The notes under the pieces are model-generated. The model was not told where the DNA came from and searched no databases. It was given only the letters and a program-made list of their open reading frames with translations. Positions 37,340 to 54,152 of a DNA stretch of 64,000 bases are shown piece by piece. The stretch comes from Eledone cirrhosa (Eukaryota). Within the stretch, counting starts at the first letter, position 1; each line of letters opens with the position of its first letter. Location: contig OZ024745.1 of NCBI GenBank assembly GCA_964016885.1, positions 108,748,001-108,812,000 on the forward strand. Direction: 5' to 3'. A program made the translations under genes and the position numbers.

Positions 37340-38960
37340 TTAGTTACGGCGGATTATGTTCTAAGTTCAAATCCCGCCTATGTCAAATGCACTTTTTATC
37401 ATTCCGGGATCAATAAAATCAAGTACCAATCAATTAATCGATTCTCCCCTCCCCCTAATTTACTGACCTTGAGCCTACATTAGAAACCATTACTATTATT
37501 GGATTGGCAGTATCGGTAGAGCGTCAGAGAACATTCTTTGCGGCATAGAGTTATGGCCCTTTACTTTCTGATTTCAAATCCCGCCGGGGTTAGCTTTGCT
37601 TTTCATCTTTAAAGGGTCGATAAAATAAAGCACCAGTAATGCACTGGGGTCGATTTAATTGATTTTCCCCAACCCCAAAATTGCCTATAGTAGAAATCCT
37701 TATTATTTTTTCCTATTATTTTTGCCTTTCATCCTTACGGGGTCGATAAAATAAAGTACCAGTAATGCACTGGGATAATTGCTGGCCTTGTGCCAAAAGT
37801 AGAAACAATTATTATCAATATATGATTTTTTTTTTTTTTCAAGATACTCAAATATATTTCTAGGATAAAATTACCTAAAATTAATGGTTTCTTATAAGGG
37901 CACAAGGCCAGCAATTTTGGGGGAGGGGAATGTCGATTAAATCGACCCCAGTGCGTGACTGGTACTTTATTTTATCAACCACGTAAGGATGAAAGGCAAA
38001 GTTAACCTCAGATCATAAAGGGCCGTAACTCTTTGCTGAAAAGCATGGCGTTCGACCCTCTACCAATACTGCCAATCCACCGCCCTAAATTACCTAAAAA
38101 TAATAAAGAATATTATAATTATTAGCTTATCTTGTGGGCGGTGGACAATGCCGGATTTAGGACAAATGAGGCCCTGTGCTAGTGAAAGTATGAGGTCCCT
38201 TACTTGGGTCATGAAGGAGGTAGAAACATTTTTTTGGCAGAAAGATGCCCCACCCCACCCTTCTCTGGCTAACGGGGTCCTTGTTAGAGCGTTTGCATTC
38301 TGAGTTCAAATCCCGCCGAGGTTAGCTTTGTCTTTCATCCTTACGGGGTCGATAAAATAAAGTACTATGAATCGACTTTCCTCTCCCCTTAAAATTGTGG
38401 GACTTGTGTGTAAATCAGAAGCCGGTGGATTGGCAGTATCGGTAGAGCGTCGGACACCATGCTTTGAAGCTTAGAATTACGTCGCTTTATGATCTGAGTT
38501 CAAATCCCGCCTAGGTTAACTTTGCCTTTCATCCTTACGGGGTCGATAAAATAAAGTACCAGTAATGGACTGGGTATTTGCTGGCCTTGTGCCAAAAATA
38601 GAAACAATTATTATCGGTGAATTTGCAGCACAGAGTTACGGTCCTTTATGATCTGAGTTCAAATCCCGCCGAGGTTAACTTTGCCTTTCATCCTTACGGG
38701 GTCGATAAAATAAAGTACCAGTAATGCACTGGGTAATTGCTGGCCTTGTGCCAAAAGTAGAAACAATTATTATAAGGATAAGGGCGGTGGATCTGGCTGT
38801 ATCAGTAGAGGGTTGGACGCCATACTTTCCAGCATAGAGTTACGTCCTTTTATTATCTGAGTTCAAATCTCGCCGAGGTTAACTTTGCCTTTTATCGATA
38901 AAATATCGTACCAGTAATGTACTGGGTAATTGCTGGCCTTGTGCCAAAAGTAGAAACGAT
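37340..38960. mobile_element. Cluster of about eight SINE family A copies, mostly plus (37885-38085 is minus)
   Basis: Repeated A/B boxes and core. Confidence 0.88.
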
Positions 38961-39139
38961 TGTTATCTTATCTTATGGTAGAGGGGGGATATTGTTTCGT
39001 CCGATGGAATTTCGATATACAGTACTCACAACACTGAGTGTAGACTTACAACACATGTGCAAACCACATATGTGTGTGTGTGTGTGTGTGTGTGTTTGAG
39101 TGCATGGATATATATATGCATGTATGTATGTGGGTGGTT

Positions 39140-41352
<2,213 letters not shown>

Positions 41353-41515
41353 TAGACAGGTAGATATAAAGATTGACAGAAATACGTACATGTTTATAGA
41401 CGTTCAGACTGATTTTTAAATTAACTTTGAATATATCAAAACAAACTAGATATTAGATAGCTATACATTTGAATAAAGACATAACTGATAGATACAAAGG
41501 TAGATAGATAGATAA

Positions 41516-42193
41516 CCTTCTTTTTATTTGCCACCAGGGCATCAAAAAGTGGGACAAGTACAATGGTGGGAGTTTACATAAAAAGTGAGTAAAGAAAACA
41601 AATAACAAATATAAAATTAACAATGAAGTCCTCAATAGGGAGGGGGCGTTTGGGGTGTCGCACACACCCCCGAAAAAAGTGTGCAACCCCTTTTCCTCAG
41701 GAGCACAGAGAGAGGGTGCTCCCTCGTTCCTTCCTCTTTTCCACCTACAGATATATATATAGATAGATATATTTCTTTATTTACCATAAAGGCATAAAAA
41801 GAAGGGACAAATACAAAGGGGGAGTTTACATACAATCGAGTAAAAAGGGTATAAAATGAAAATAATCGAAAATAACCTCAAAAGGGAGGGGACGTGATGG
41901 GGGTTGCACACACCCCCGAAAAAGTGTGCAATCCTTTGCCCGGGGAGCACATGGAGAAGGTGCTCCCCTCTCCTTTACTTCTTTACCTACAGGATGGTAT
42001 ACAGAGAAGGCCCATTTACACGAGCCATTCTCGCCACTATCACCCACCTTTCATAAAACTGGCTGTGGCCAAGCACCTCTCTCTCCATTCTTATCCTTCT
42101 TCCGAAGTGATATCGGAAGAAGTAGACCAGACTATGGCCAGAGAGGAAGTTGCCTGACCTCAGACCTTTCAATCGTGTCCACCAAACAGATAT

Positions 42194-42224
<31 letters not shown>

Positions 42225-43133
42225 TCATTCTTTATTTGCCACAGGGGCGTACAAAAATGAGACATTACAAGACGTGACGGCGGGGATTTTACATACAATC
42301 TTTAACAATGATAAATAACAATAAACTATATAAAAATAAAACAATTGAAATCCCCATTAGGGGTGGGCGGGGGGTAACGCTACTGCGGGGTTGTTTTACA
42401 TCCCGTGGATAGAACAACCCTGAACACCAGGAACACGTTTTTTAGGTGTTCCTGTCTTCCCTCTGTTTATCTTCCTCAACCTACAGGTTTATATACAGAG
42501 AAGGCCCATTCACTCGGGCCACTTTTTCCACATTCACCCACCTTTCGGCGAATTTACTGGGGTGTAGCACCTCTCTCTCCACTCTCACCTTCCATCTGAA
42601 GTGGTACTTAAAGAAGGGGATAAGTTGTTGTCCGGAGAGAAAGGTGTTTGCCCTCACTCCTTTTAACCTCGTCCACCATATTACCTCTTTCACCATAGCC
42701 ACCAGACAGAGGAAAACCGCCACTCCTTCATTCTTAAATGAAGGCGGTGGGTTGATCCTCACGATGGATTGGCTGACAACTGGATGCATCCCACACGTGA
42801 TAGTAGCTGTTCGACATAATTCCACAGGTCGGTCACCCCTGGGCACTGAACAATTGCGTGCAGAACGGTTTCGATGTCCTGCTCGCATCTTGGACAGGTC
42901 CTTTTGGCAGGATCTCTGCCAGGGCGTCCGTGCCTATAGATTTTGTTTCGAACTGGTAGGGCTCGTCGTAGCACTGCCAGGCCAGAGACCTCTGGAAGTT
43001 ATCCATAGGCCCTGGACGGAAAGTCCTCCCGAACAGACTGGTCAGTTCGTCCTCCTCGATGACTAGAGTTTCCCTGAGAACGTCGTCGCACTTATCCTCC
43101 ACAAATCCCCTATAGAATGTCGAAGTGGGATAT

Positions 43134-43186
<53 letters not shown>

Positions 43187-44237
43187 AGGGTAGATATAAA
43201 GGTAGGTAGATAGATAGGTTTCTTTATTTGCCACAAACGCGCACAAGAAATGGGACATTACACGACGTATGGCAGGCATTTTACATTTAAGCGTGTAAAA
43301 GGTTTTAACAGCTATAAAATAATTAAATAACAATCGAAATCCCCAATAGGGGTGCGTTACAACTCGGTTGTTTTACACCCCGTAGATAGAACAACCCTCA
43401 ACTGCAGGAGTATGTTTTGTAAGTGCTCCTGTCTTCCTCAACCTACAGGTTTATGCAGAGAAGCCATTTTCGCCACATTCACCCACCTTTCAGCGAATTT
43501 ACTAGGGTGCAGCACCTTTCTCTTCACTATCATGTTCCTTCTGAAGTAGTATTTAAAGATAGATAGATGGATAGATATGTTTCTTTATTAGCCACAGGGG
43601 CACAAAAGAAAGGGACAAATACAAAAGGGAAAGTTTACATAAAATAAAAACGTGTAAAATACTATCACAAATGCAATTTAAAAATTAATCGATTTTCCCC
43701 AATAGGGGGAGACATTTCATATGGGTAACACATACCCCCGAAAAAATGTGCAACCCTCATCTCCAGGAGTACGAAGAGTTTGTACCCCTTTCCTACTTCC
43801 TCTTTTTCCTCAACCTACAGGCTGATATAGAGAGAAGGCCTATTCACTCGGGCCATTCTCGCCACTTTCACCGACCTTTCATAAAACTTGCTGGGGTACA
43901 GCACCTCTCTCTCCATCCTGATTCTTCTTCCAAAGTGGTATTTGAAAAAAAAGAATCAGTTGTTGGCCGGAGAGAAAGGTGTCTGACCTCAGCCCTTTTA
44001 ACCTTGTCCACCATACAACCTCTTTCGCCATAGCTATCACACAAAGGAAAACCGCCTCTCCTTCGTTTTTGAAGGAGGGTGGCGGTTTGATCATGATAAT
44101 GGACTCGGTGGTCAACCGGATTGGTCCCATCCGCGACAATAGTCGTTCTACATAACCCCCACAGGTCGGCAACGCCCGGGCAGTGTATGAATGCGTGCGC
44201 GACGGTTTCTTCGTTTCGCACGCATCTCGGACAGATC
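41516..44237 (-). mobile_element. Head-to-tail array of five Tx1-like 3' fragments separated by (GATA)n
   Basis: Copies at about 41516-41750, 41772-42186, 42227-43128, 43218-43558 and 43579-44237. On the plus strand each begins TTTATT(T/A)(G/A)CCA after GATA repeats. Confidence 0.92.
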
Positions 44238-44639
44238 ATAGATAGATAGATAGGTTGCTTGTTGGAGATAGATAGATAGTTGGGTCTATAGAGATACGTA
44301 AATAAGTGGAGTGATAGACAAATCGATAAATATAACATTGATAGAAAATAAACTAAATCTAAAAATATAATAGATATATAGATATATATAATATTCACAT
44401 TATATATAAATTCCTAATTTGTAAATTACATAAAATATTACTGCTCATTCATGTTATATCAGTGAGAATTAGGCTATAATTAACTCTTATGAAATGTCAA
44501 TAAGAATGAAACTGTAGTGATAGGAAAGTTTATTTTAAAAATAATACTTAAGAAATGTATGTCAGTTTGTAGATATGAGGGTCAAATTTTGGAAATATTA
44601 CACATTTACATTAAGGCAAAGATTTTATTTGGCGGTATC

Positions 44640-45425
44640 TGAGTTCCACTCCTGCCGAGGTTGGTTTTGCCTCCCATCCTTACGAGGTCGATAACAAATG
44701 TACCAGTCAAGTACTGGGGTCGATTCTTCCACCATATGTCCCACTCACTTTGTCCCACTCACTTTCTATCCGTCTCTGGAAGCAATCTGCTGTGTTCAGA
44801 CCTGGTGAATGATGGGCTCCGCCAGGCTTAAAAGGCCCAGGAAAGGTCGTATGTCACTACGGCGCAACAACGTCTGCATCAGAAGTTACAGGACCCTACC
44901 ATACCGAACTGTTTGAATATAAGACGGAGCCCCTACGTATGTCACTACGGCACCAGTAATGCACTGGGGTCGATTTAATCGATTTTCCTTTCCCCCAAAA
45001 TTGCTGGTCTTGTGCCTAAAGTAGAAACAATTATTTGATAGTACCGTTAGAGCGTCGGACATTATGCTTTATGACATATAGTTACGGCCCTTTACGCTGA
45101 GGCTAGTTTTGCCTTTCATCCTCTCGGGGTCGACAAAATAAAGTACCATAATGCACTGGGGTCGATTTAATCGACTTTTCCCATCCCCCAAATTGCTGGC
45201 CTTGTGCCTAAATCAGAAACCATTATTATTAATGAGGGCGGTGAATTAGTAGTATCGGTAGAGGGTCTGACGCCATGCTTTGCAGGATAGAGTTACGGCC
45301 CTTTCCATTCTGAGTTCAAATCCCGCCGAGGTTAACTTTGCCTTTCTTCCTTACGGGGTCGATAAAATAAAGTACCAGTAATGCACTGGGTAATTGCTGG
45401 CCTTGTGCCTAAAGTAGAAACAATT
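44640..45425 (+). mobile_element. Cluster of SINE family A copies and fragments
   Basis: Core repeated. Full copy at 45236-45425. Confidence 0.85.
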
Positions 45426-45451
45426 ATTATTATTATTATTATTATTATTAT

Positions 45452-46117
45452 ACCGTTCTGCACGCACTTGTCCAATGTCCGTGCATTACTGACTTGTGGA
45501 GTTATGTCGAACAGCTACTGTCGCGTGTGGAACGGATCCGGCTATCGGCCGAATTCATAGTGAAGATCGACCCGCTGCCTACCTTAGGTCAGGAAGAGCA
45601 GGAAATTTTCCTCTGTCTGGTGGCCGTTGCGAAAGAGGTTATATGGTGGACCAGATTAAAAGGACTGAAGACAGACACTTTTCTCTTCGGCCAATCCCTC
45701 ATCAACTTCTTCAAGTTTCACCTGGAAAGGAGGGTGAGGGTGGAGAGAGAAGTGCTGTCCCCCAGTACATTTGCTAAAAGGTGGATGAATGTGGAGAGAA
45801 TGGCCCGTGTGAATGGGCCTACTCTGACCATGCGCCTATAGGCTAGCTAACTTGAGGAGAGGGGAGCTCTCCCTGGGTGCCCTAGAAGCGCAGGGTGGTT
45901 CAGGATTGGTGGGGTACCTGAGTCACCCCAGGGCTGTCCACCCCCTATCGGGGAATGTATTTTGTTATATTATGCATAGTTTATTTTATAGTTTTATATC
46001 TTCATTGTTAAATTAGTCTTGCCATTGTGCACTTTTACTCGACCTCATTGTAAACCCCACTGTCCCTGTCTTTGTATTGTCCCCTACATGTTGGCCCTTG
46101 TGGCTAATAAATGAAAT
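45452..46117 (+). mobile_element. Diverged Tx1-like 3' fragment flanked by (ATT)n
   Basis: WSYVEQLLSRV...KEVIWWTRLKGL...ARVNGP, end GTGGCTAATAAATGAAA, distinct 3' UTR. Confidence 0.88.
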
Positions 46118-46137
46118 CATTATTATTATTATTATTA

Positions 46138-48365
46138 GCGCGATGGATTGGCAGTATCGGTTGGGCGTCGGACAACATGCTTTGCTACATAGAGTTACGG
46201 CCCTTTACATTCTGAGTTCAAATTCCACCAAGGTTAGTTTTGCCTTTCATCCTTACGGGGTCGATAAAATAAAGCACTAGAAACGCATTGGGTTCGATTT
46301 AATCGAATTCCCCTCCCTTAAAATTGCTGGCCTTCGTGAATAAAATGTGATAGACAGAAAATGTAGAAATTCGATAAAGGGACTATTTCTGTTCTAGAGG
46401 TGGCAGACTTTCGGTACCTTTAGCCGAGTTCCCTTGGATGTAAGCATTCCGACCAAATTTGGAATGTCCTATTCTTCATTCTCAAAATAAACCATTAAAA
46501 AAAGAAAAGATCCAGACAAGTATTCAAATGTATGAATTTCAATTCTGAGTTCAAATCCCGCAAAATTCAATTTTGTCTTTTATTTATACGTGATCAATAA
46601 AATATAATTGCTTTTACTTTAGGCACAAGGCCAGCAAATTACCCAGTGCATTACTGGTACTTTATTTTATCGACCCCGTAAAGATGAAAGGCAAATTCAA
46701 CCTCAGCGGGATTTGAATTCAGATCGTAAAGAGATGTAACTATGCTGGAAAGCATGGCGTCCGACCCTCTACCGATACTGCCAATAAAATATAATACCAC
46801 TGTTTTTGAAACATTTCAGACATATAACTAAATAAGCACTGTTTACAAGTTATAATTTGTCTCAGAGACAGCTAATCCATCATCCACTGGTCCTCCCTGT
46901 GGCTCTAAGCCAGCAGAGTCATCATGACCAGACTGCTCCTTGACAGTGTAGTTAGGGGTTCTAACCCTAGGGCTGTTAAATCGACTATCCATATTTCTTT
47001 TCAGTGGCTGATAATACCTTACCGGCGCCACTCGAATAAGGTAGTTATTTAACCCATAAATGGGGCCCTAACAGGTACTACTACTCCGGGCCAGAGCAGA
47101 CCTGGGAGTTAGGACAACTAAGGGGTAACTCCATATTCCCCACAGCTCCTGAACTCCCGAACTGGAGCCTTGCCACTGGATGTAGCTTAATGTTATACCC
47201 AGAACATAGACAAGTAATAATAATTGATTATAATTTAGGCACAAGGCCAGCAATGTGAAGGGAAAGAGAAAGTCGATTGTACCGATCCCAGTATTTTACT
47301 GGTACTTTATTTTATCGACCTCGAGCAAATGAAAGGTAACGTTGAACTCGGAGGGATTTAAACACGGTTTACAAGTAATAATAATTGTTTCTACTTTTGG
47401 CTCAAGGCTAGCAATTACCCAGTGTATTACTGGTACTTTATTTTATCGACCCCGTAAAGATGAAAGGCAAAGTTAACCTCGGCGGAATTTGAACTCAGAC
47501 GTAAAGGACCATAACTCTATGCTGCAAAGCATGGCGTCTGACGCTCTACCGATGCTGCCAATCCGCCAATAATTTCTAGTGTAGGCACAAGGCCAATAAT
47601 GTGGGGGAAGGGGAAAATCGGTTATCGACCCCTGTACGTTACTGGAGCTTTATTTTATCAACCCCGTAAGGATGAAAGGCAAAGTTAACCTCGGCGGGAT
47701 TTGAACTGAGAACGTAAAAGGCCATAACTCTATGCTTCCAAACATGGCGTCTGAGGCTCTACCGATACTGCCAATCTAGCAATAATGCTTTCTAATTTAG
47801 ACAGCAAACCAGCAATCTAGTGGGGACATGCTTAAACGAAAGCCAAGTGGTGTCTCACTCTCAGTGCTCTAACAACGTATCAAATACAATATTGGAATTT
47901 CTAATGTTAGAGAGTTGAGGATCATATACTGCCTTAATCTATCTATTTGACTGGCAGGCAGTATCGGTAGAGGGTCGGACGCCATGTTTTCCAGCATAGT
48001 TACGTCCCTTTACGATCTGAGTTCAAATCCCTCTGAGGTTAGCTTTGCTTTTCATCCTTACGGGGTCGATAAAATTAAGTACCCAATAATGTACTGGGGT
48101 CAATTTAATCAAAATTTAAACCAAAATTGTTAGCCTTGCACCTAAAATCAGAAACCATTATTATAAGCAGCAAATAGGGCGGTGGATTGGCAGTATCGGT
48201 AGAGGGTCGGACGCCATGCTTTCCAGCATAGTTACGTCCCTTTACGATCTGAGTTCAAATCCCGCCGAGGTTGACTTTGCCTTTCATCCTTACGGGGGTC
48301 GATAAAATAAAGTACCAGTAATGCACTGGATAATTGCTGGCCTTGTGCCTAAAGTAGAAACAATT
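46138..48365. mobile_element. SINE-dense block: family A on both strands plus another short repeat at 47045-47207
   Basis: Copies at 46138(+), 46606(-), 47230(-), 47382(-), 47570(-), 47955(+) and 48177(+). Confidence 0.85.
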
Positions 48366-48822
48366 GTTATTTCTGTTCTGCTGAGTTTCTAGCAAACCAC
48401 TGCCACATCAGCCATGCATGAAGTGGAGGGGAGGCGGTTTAATCACTGCTGACCCAGCTACGCAACATGTACGAGATTACGTGTTACCAGGAGATTTCAT
48501 GGTGTTTAATTCGGATCTTTACGGCTCTGGGTTCAAATTCTGTCATGTCGTGTTCAACTTTACCTTTCATCCATCGAAGGTAGATAAATAAAGTACCAGT
48601 CCAGTACTGGGGCCGATCCTTCTCCACCTTCTCTCAATTTGTCTTTCTCTTTCTCAGGAAGAAATCAGCTTTATTCACGTGTGTATATATGTGGGAGGAA
48701 GAAACAGAAGTTAAGGGTTGGGAGCGGGCACTCAGAAGAGGGAAGGGGTTAACAGCAGTGGAGGTATTTAAGTAGGAGGTAGCTACATAGATATAATATT
48801 TTTTATACGATATATATATATA

Positions 48823-48917
<95 letters not shown>

Positions 48918-49049
48918 ATAGAAATATATATATATATATACATATTTGTATAAATCTATACACATATATTAACATAGAACTATATATATGAATGTAATAT
49001 ACAAACATATGCATGTATATAAACATATATATGAGTGTGTGTGTGTATG

Positions 49050-49099
<50 letters not shown>

Positions 49100-49237
49100 A
49101 AGGTTAAACAAGGTTCAATGAATAAATCAAAGAATGAGTTATACAATAGATTGGAAGCACTCAACATTAATGGTGTCCGGAGTTATTAATATTAATTCAA
49201 AATATTAACAAAAATAGAGATTCTTGTGATCAAGTAT

Positions 49238-49302
49238 ATTTTATTATACATATTTCAGATATACTGAGCTATCTTCAATAGTACGTCCTCATCAGATAAA
49301 AT
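49238..49302 (-). ncRNA. Type I hammerhead, left arm of palindrome 49188-49545
   Basis: Minus strand reads ATTTTAT CTGATGA ggacgtact...agtatatct GAAA TATGTA TA ATAAAAT. Confidence 0.78.
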
Positions 49303-49429
49303 AAGATGATGCATGACATACCCTGATTTAGTAGATGGTTAAGATTCAGACATGGCTACCATGGTTAAGATTCAGTCATGACTACCATGACTGAATGTTA
49401 ACCATCTACTAAGTCATGGTATGTCATGC

Positions 49430-49494
49430 ATTTTATCTGATGAGAACGTACTGTTGAAGATAGCTCAGTACCTCTGAAATATGTATAATAAAAT
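49430..49494 (+). ncRNA. Type I hammerhead, right arm
   Basis: ATTTTAT CTGATGA gaac GTACTG...CAGTAC ctct GAAA TATGTA TA ATAAAAT. Confidence 0.8.
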
Positions 49495-49539
49495 ATACTT
49501 GATTACACGAATGTCTATTTTTGTTAATATTTTGAATTA

Positions 49540-49656
<117 letters not shown>

Positions 49657-49913
49657 ATGTTGAGAGGTTTCGGCCAGTATTGGCCCAGGCCACGTCTAAC
49701 TTCGCATCTCATAATAACATTACGGCACAATTATTTTCACAATTATTATCAAAGTTATATATACATATAGTAGTAGCAGTAGTAGTACAGATTAAAAGTT
49801 TAAGCAATAAATTTCTGCTTTCATTTGGTCTACTGGTTTATATAGACTTATATATTTACAATCCTTATCGAGTCCTCTTTGGATTTTGGTCTTTGTACTT
49901 ATTATTACTATAA

Positions 49914-50103
49914 GGGCGGTGGATTGGCAGCATCGGTAGAGGGTCGGACGCCATGCTTTGACGCATAGAGTTACGGCCCTCGCCATTCTGAGTTCAAATC
50001 CTGCCGAGGTTAACTTTGCCTTTCATCCTTATGGGGTCGATAAAATAAAGTACCAGTAATACACTGGGTAATTGCTGGCCTTGTGCCAAAAGTAGAAACA
50101 ATT
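49914..50103 (+). mobile_element. SINE family A, full length
   Basis: A/B boxes, core and tail. Confidence 0.92.
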
Positions 50104-50183
50104 ATTACTATGTATATATAAGAGAGAGAGACGGTTATAATCGTACATCTTCATTTTATTATCTAATTCCATTATTATCTAAT

Positions 50184-50241
50184 TCCAATATACGTATTTC
50201 AAAGATGCAATTATTTGATCAACCAACATTCATCAACTGAA
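50184..50241 (-). ncRNA. Degenerate type I hammerhead (C3U)
   Basis: Minus strand reads TTCAG TTGATGA atgt...gcat cttt GAAA TACGTA TA TTGGA. Confidence 0.5.
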
Positions 50242-50559
50242 TTATATATATAAATATATGTATAAAAATAAATATATATATATATATATAAACGGAAAAA
50301 ATGAAACGAAATTTCATTTCCCACTCTTAGTACGGCTGTTACTTAAATATAAGTATGTATACGTACATACATATATGTATACAGACGTACAGTAGTATGT
50401 ATATATATATTTACATACATGCACACATATATATATGTACGTATGGATTCACCAAACATTTATTATAATGCTCCGTGTCTTTGTAAACGAACATCCCGTT
50501 TCAAGCTGTAGTGTCTAGCAACCATCGTTGCTCGTTTGTTCAACACTGACAAAGGAACG

Positions 50560-50596
50560 CTGTACTAGTTTCAAGCTTATTAGCTATCGTCAGCAA
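50560..50596 (-). ncRNA. Ultra-minimal type I hammerhead
   Basis: Minus strand reads TTG CTGACGA T AGCT-aata-AGCT T GAAA CTAG TA CAG, with a distal GGAA/TTCC extension of stem I. Confidence 0.72.
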
Positions 50597-50791
50597 AGTA
50601 TACCTTCCTGCCAGATAGTTGAACGTCCGAAAGTATATACTTTCCTTATGCATATTAACGGCTGAGTAGCCCAATTTGCATATCGAGTGGGTTAATCGGC
50701 CGGGTGCACCGAAAACGTGTGCATGTATGTATGTATATATATATACATACTACTGTACGTCTGTATACATATATGTATGTACGTATACTTA

Positions 50792-50918
<127 letters not shown>

Positions 50919-50993
50919 ATGGAGGCGGTAAAAACCAGTTAGACCATTACTCGCCAGAGTACTCGATACTTGGAGTAGTAGATTAGGTAATTT

Positions 50994-51031
<38 letters not shown>

Positions 51032-51437
51032 CGTGTGCGTGTGCGTGTGCGCGTGTGTGTGTGTGTGTGTTTGTGTGTGTATCTATGTATGTATTTACGT
51101 ATGTATTTATGTATCTATGTATGTGTGTATATGTAAAAAAATCCTCGTAGATGAGTTGCAATGTACCATCCCTGATGATAACTTTTGATAGGTTTCGGCC
51201 TTTATTGACCCAGGCCATATCTAACTTAACAGCACCAACCCCAGGCCCGCCCAGACGTCCGTCCCTGCATCACGACTTTATATCCAGAACAAAAGCTGGA
51301 TCTTTCTATAGAGCCCTAATCGCACAGCAAATCCTCTACAACCCACCACAATGCTCACTACATGTATTCCAATTTCTAGACTCATGTATATATATACACA
51401 CCTATATATAGAGAAATATATATAATATATATATATG

Positions 51438-51493
<56 letters not shown>

Positions 51494-51585
51494 TATAATA
51501 TATATATATACGTCTATCTAGCTATATAGACATATTTATATATATGCATGTATGTATCTATCTATCTATCTACCTATCTATGTAT

Positions 51586-51711
<126 letters not shown>

Positions 51712-51991
51712 TATATAACACACACAGAGAACTACAAGTTCGTTTTTCTACCTACATATGATTATGTATATCAATTCGAATGTTTGTATGTATGTGTGTA
51801 GTGGCAAATTCTACGATACTCAGAGACACGGAGCAGAGATAGATAAACAAAATAGAATAGAATAGGTATACAACATACAGGAGATGTGAACACACGTACA
51901 GAGTGGGATTTACCTGTAATCTAAACAAGCTAAAAAATTGAAGAAAAACGGTGTGTACATTTCTAAAGTATAAGATAAAAAAAGAACTAAA

Positions 51992-52181
51992 ATAATTGTT
52001 TCTACTTTTGGCACAAGGCCAGCAAATACCCAGTGTATTACTGGTACTTTATTTTATCGACCCCGTAAGGATGAAAGGCAAAGTTAACCTCGACGGGATT
52101 TGAACTCAGACCGTAAAGGGACGTAACTATGCTGGAAAGAATGGCGTCCGACTCTCTACCGATACTGCCAATCCACCGCCC
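51992..52181 (-). mobile_element. SINE family A, full length
   Basis: A/B boxes and core. Confidence 0.92.
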
Positions 52182-52682
52182 TAAAGCACTAAAATAATGC
52201 AAGTTTTAAACAGTTTTCTGCATTAATATTGAATGTTTTGCAGTTTTTATAACATTTTTTATAACATATAAAGGGCCCCATTATCTCAAATAGCTTAGGG
52301 CCTCATTAAATCTAAATCCGGCCCTGCACACGTATACTAACTAAAACAATATAGAATACCAGCAATGGAAAAAAAGGCAAAACTATATCTGATATATGTC
52401 TGTCTGTGTGTGTGTGTGAGCGAGAGAAGGCTGTGTATGTGTGTCTGAGCTATCTGCATTAAGTTAGTGATGTAAGAAAACAGACAAACATATCTGTTAA
52501 GTTTAGTTCCAGTGTCCTGAATGTATGTGTGTGTGTGTGTGGGTGTGGGTGCGGGTGTGGGTGTGGGTGCGTGTGTGGATGGGTGTGTGTGGATGGGTGT
52601 GGGTGTGGGTGTGTGGGTGTGTGTGTGTGTACGTGTGTGTCTAAGTGCGATCCCACTGGATTAATTTAGATTGTATTGTAAG

Positions 52683-52718
<36 letters not shown>

Positions 52719-52741
52719 TGTATGTACGTGTGTGTATATAC

Positions 52742-52801
<60 letters not shown>

Positions 52802-52901
52802 TATGCACATACACACAGACATATATATATATTTAAATATACAAACATCTACAAATATACACACATATATGTATATAAATATATTCATATATATGTGTGT
52901 G

Positions 52902-52955
<54 letters not shown>

Positions 52956-53336
52956 ATGTACATATAAATATATATATATATACATATAAATGTATACACA
53001 TATAAATGTATACACATATAAATGTATACACATATACATTTATATACATAATTATATAGTGTATGTATATATATATATATGTAGATATACACAGTCGTGC
53101 ACGTACACACACACACACACACAGATATATACATTCACATATATACATATATGTGTGTATGTATATATAAATATATATATACACTCATATATGTATGTAT
53201 ATATATCTATATATATATATATATACACATACACACATATATGTATATATATATGTGAATGTATATATATATATTTATATAAAATAAGGTGAAAATGCAA
53301 TTGGATTCTTTAAGAAGTTTTATTTACAATAACTTA

Positions 53337-53378
53337 TAACTTTACCTGTTTCACAGGTTTCCTAATTTTCAAAAGATA
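53337..53378 (-). ncRNA. Minimal type I hammerhead, U3-A8 variant
   Basis: Minus strand reads TATCTT TTGAAAA T TAGG-aaa-CCTG T GAAA CAGG TA AAGTTA. Confidence 0.55.
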
Positions 53379-53624
53379 AAAGAGCTGGGAAGATGTGTAG
53401 TTAGACCGACTTGAGTCGAAAACTTTTTAATGATTCCAATTGTATTTTAAACTTCTTTTTTCTAGAATTTCTTTTACCAGTTTCGGATATATAAAAAAAA
53501 ACCGTACTTTCAAATATATATATATATATATATATTGGGTGTCCTTAAAATGTATACACACTTTGCTTACCTGTACGCACACTCACACACACATATAAAT
53601 AAATAAATATATATATATATATAT

Positions 53625-53818
53625 GAACAAGTAGGACCCCGACGGCTGAGCTAATTCTGGACTAAAATGTCCAGAAATTTTAGTCCAGAATTAGCCGTCG
53701 AAACGGGTTGAGCTCAGCCGTCGGGGTCCTACTCGTTCCTATTACCCACTCTACTACCCTAAGTATTGAGTACTTTGGTGCGTTATGGTCCATCTGGTTC
53801 CTTACCACATTTCCTTCG

Positions 53819-53821
<3 letters not shown>
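53625..53821 (+). mobile_element. 'GGGGTC' half-hammerhead element with inverted 5' duplication
   Basis: Same family as 32375-32583, bounded by (TA)n. Confidence 0.8.
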
Positions 53822-53916
<95 letters not shown>

Positions 53917-54065
53917 TAAAATAACAGATTAAAGTTTAAAGAATCCTTTAATCTGTTATTTTAATAAATATTTGCTCTACAGTTTTTATATATATTTATA
54001 TATATTTATATATAATCCTTATCAAGCCCTCTTCGGATTTTAGTCTTTACATTTTTTATTATTAC

Positions 54066-54144
<79 letters not shown>

Positions 54145-54152
54145 AGAGAGAG

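Noticed and set aside
46843-47040. 62-aa minus ORF or 36-nt plus microexon
   Set aside because: No homology recognised and splice signals are weak, so it cannot be supported without RNA data.
48177-48265. tRNA gene calls at SINE heads
   Set aside because: A/B boxes belong to multi-copy SINEs and I see no complete cloverleaf.
48658-48763. Possible exon after a pyrimidine tract and CAG
   Set aside because: The acceptor-like sequence resembles the interspersed repeat at 37175 and 44770, and the peptide is unrecognisable.
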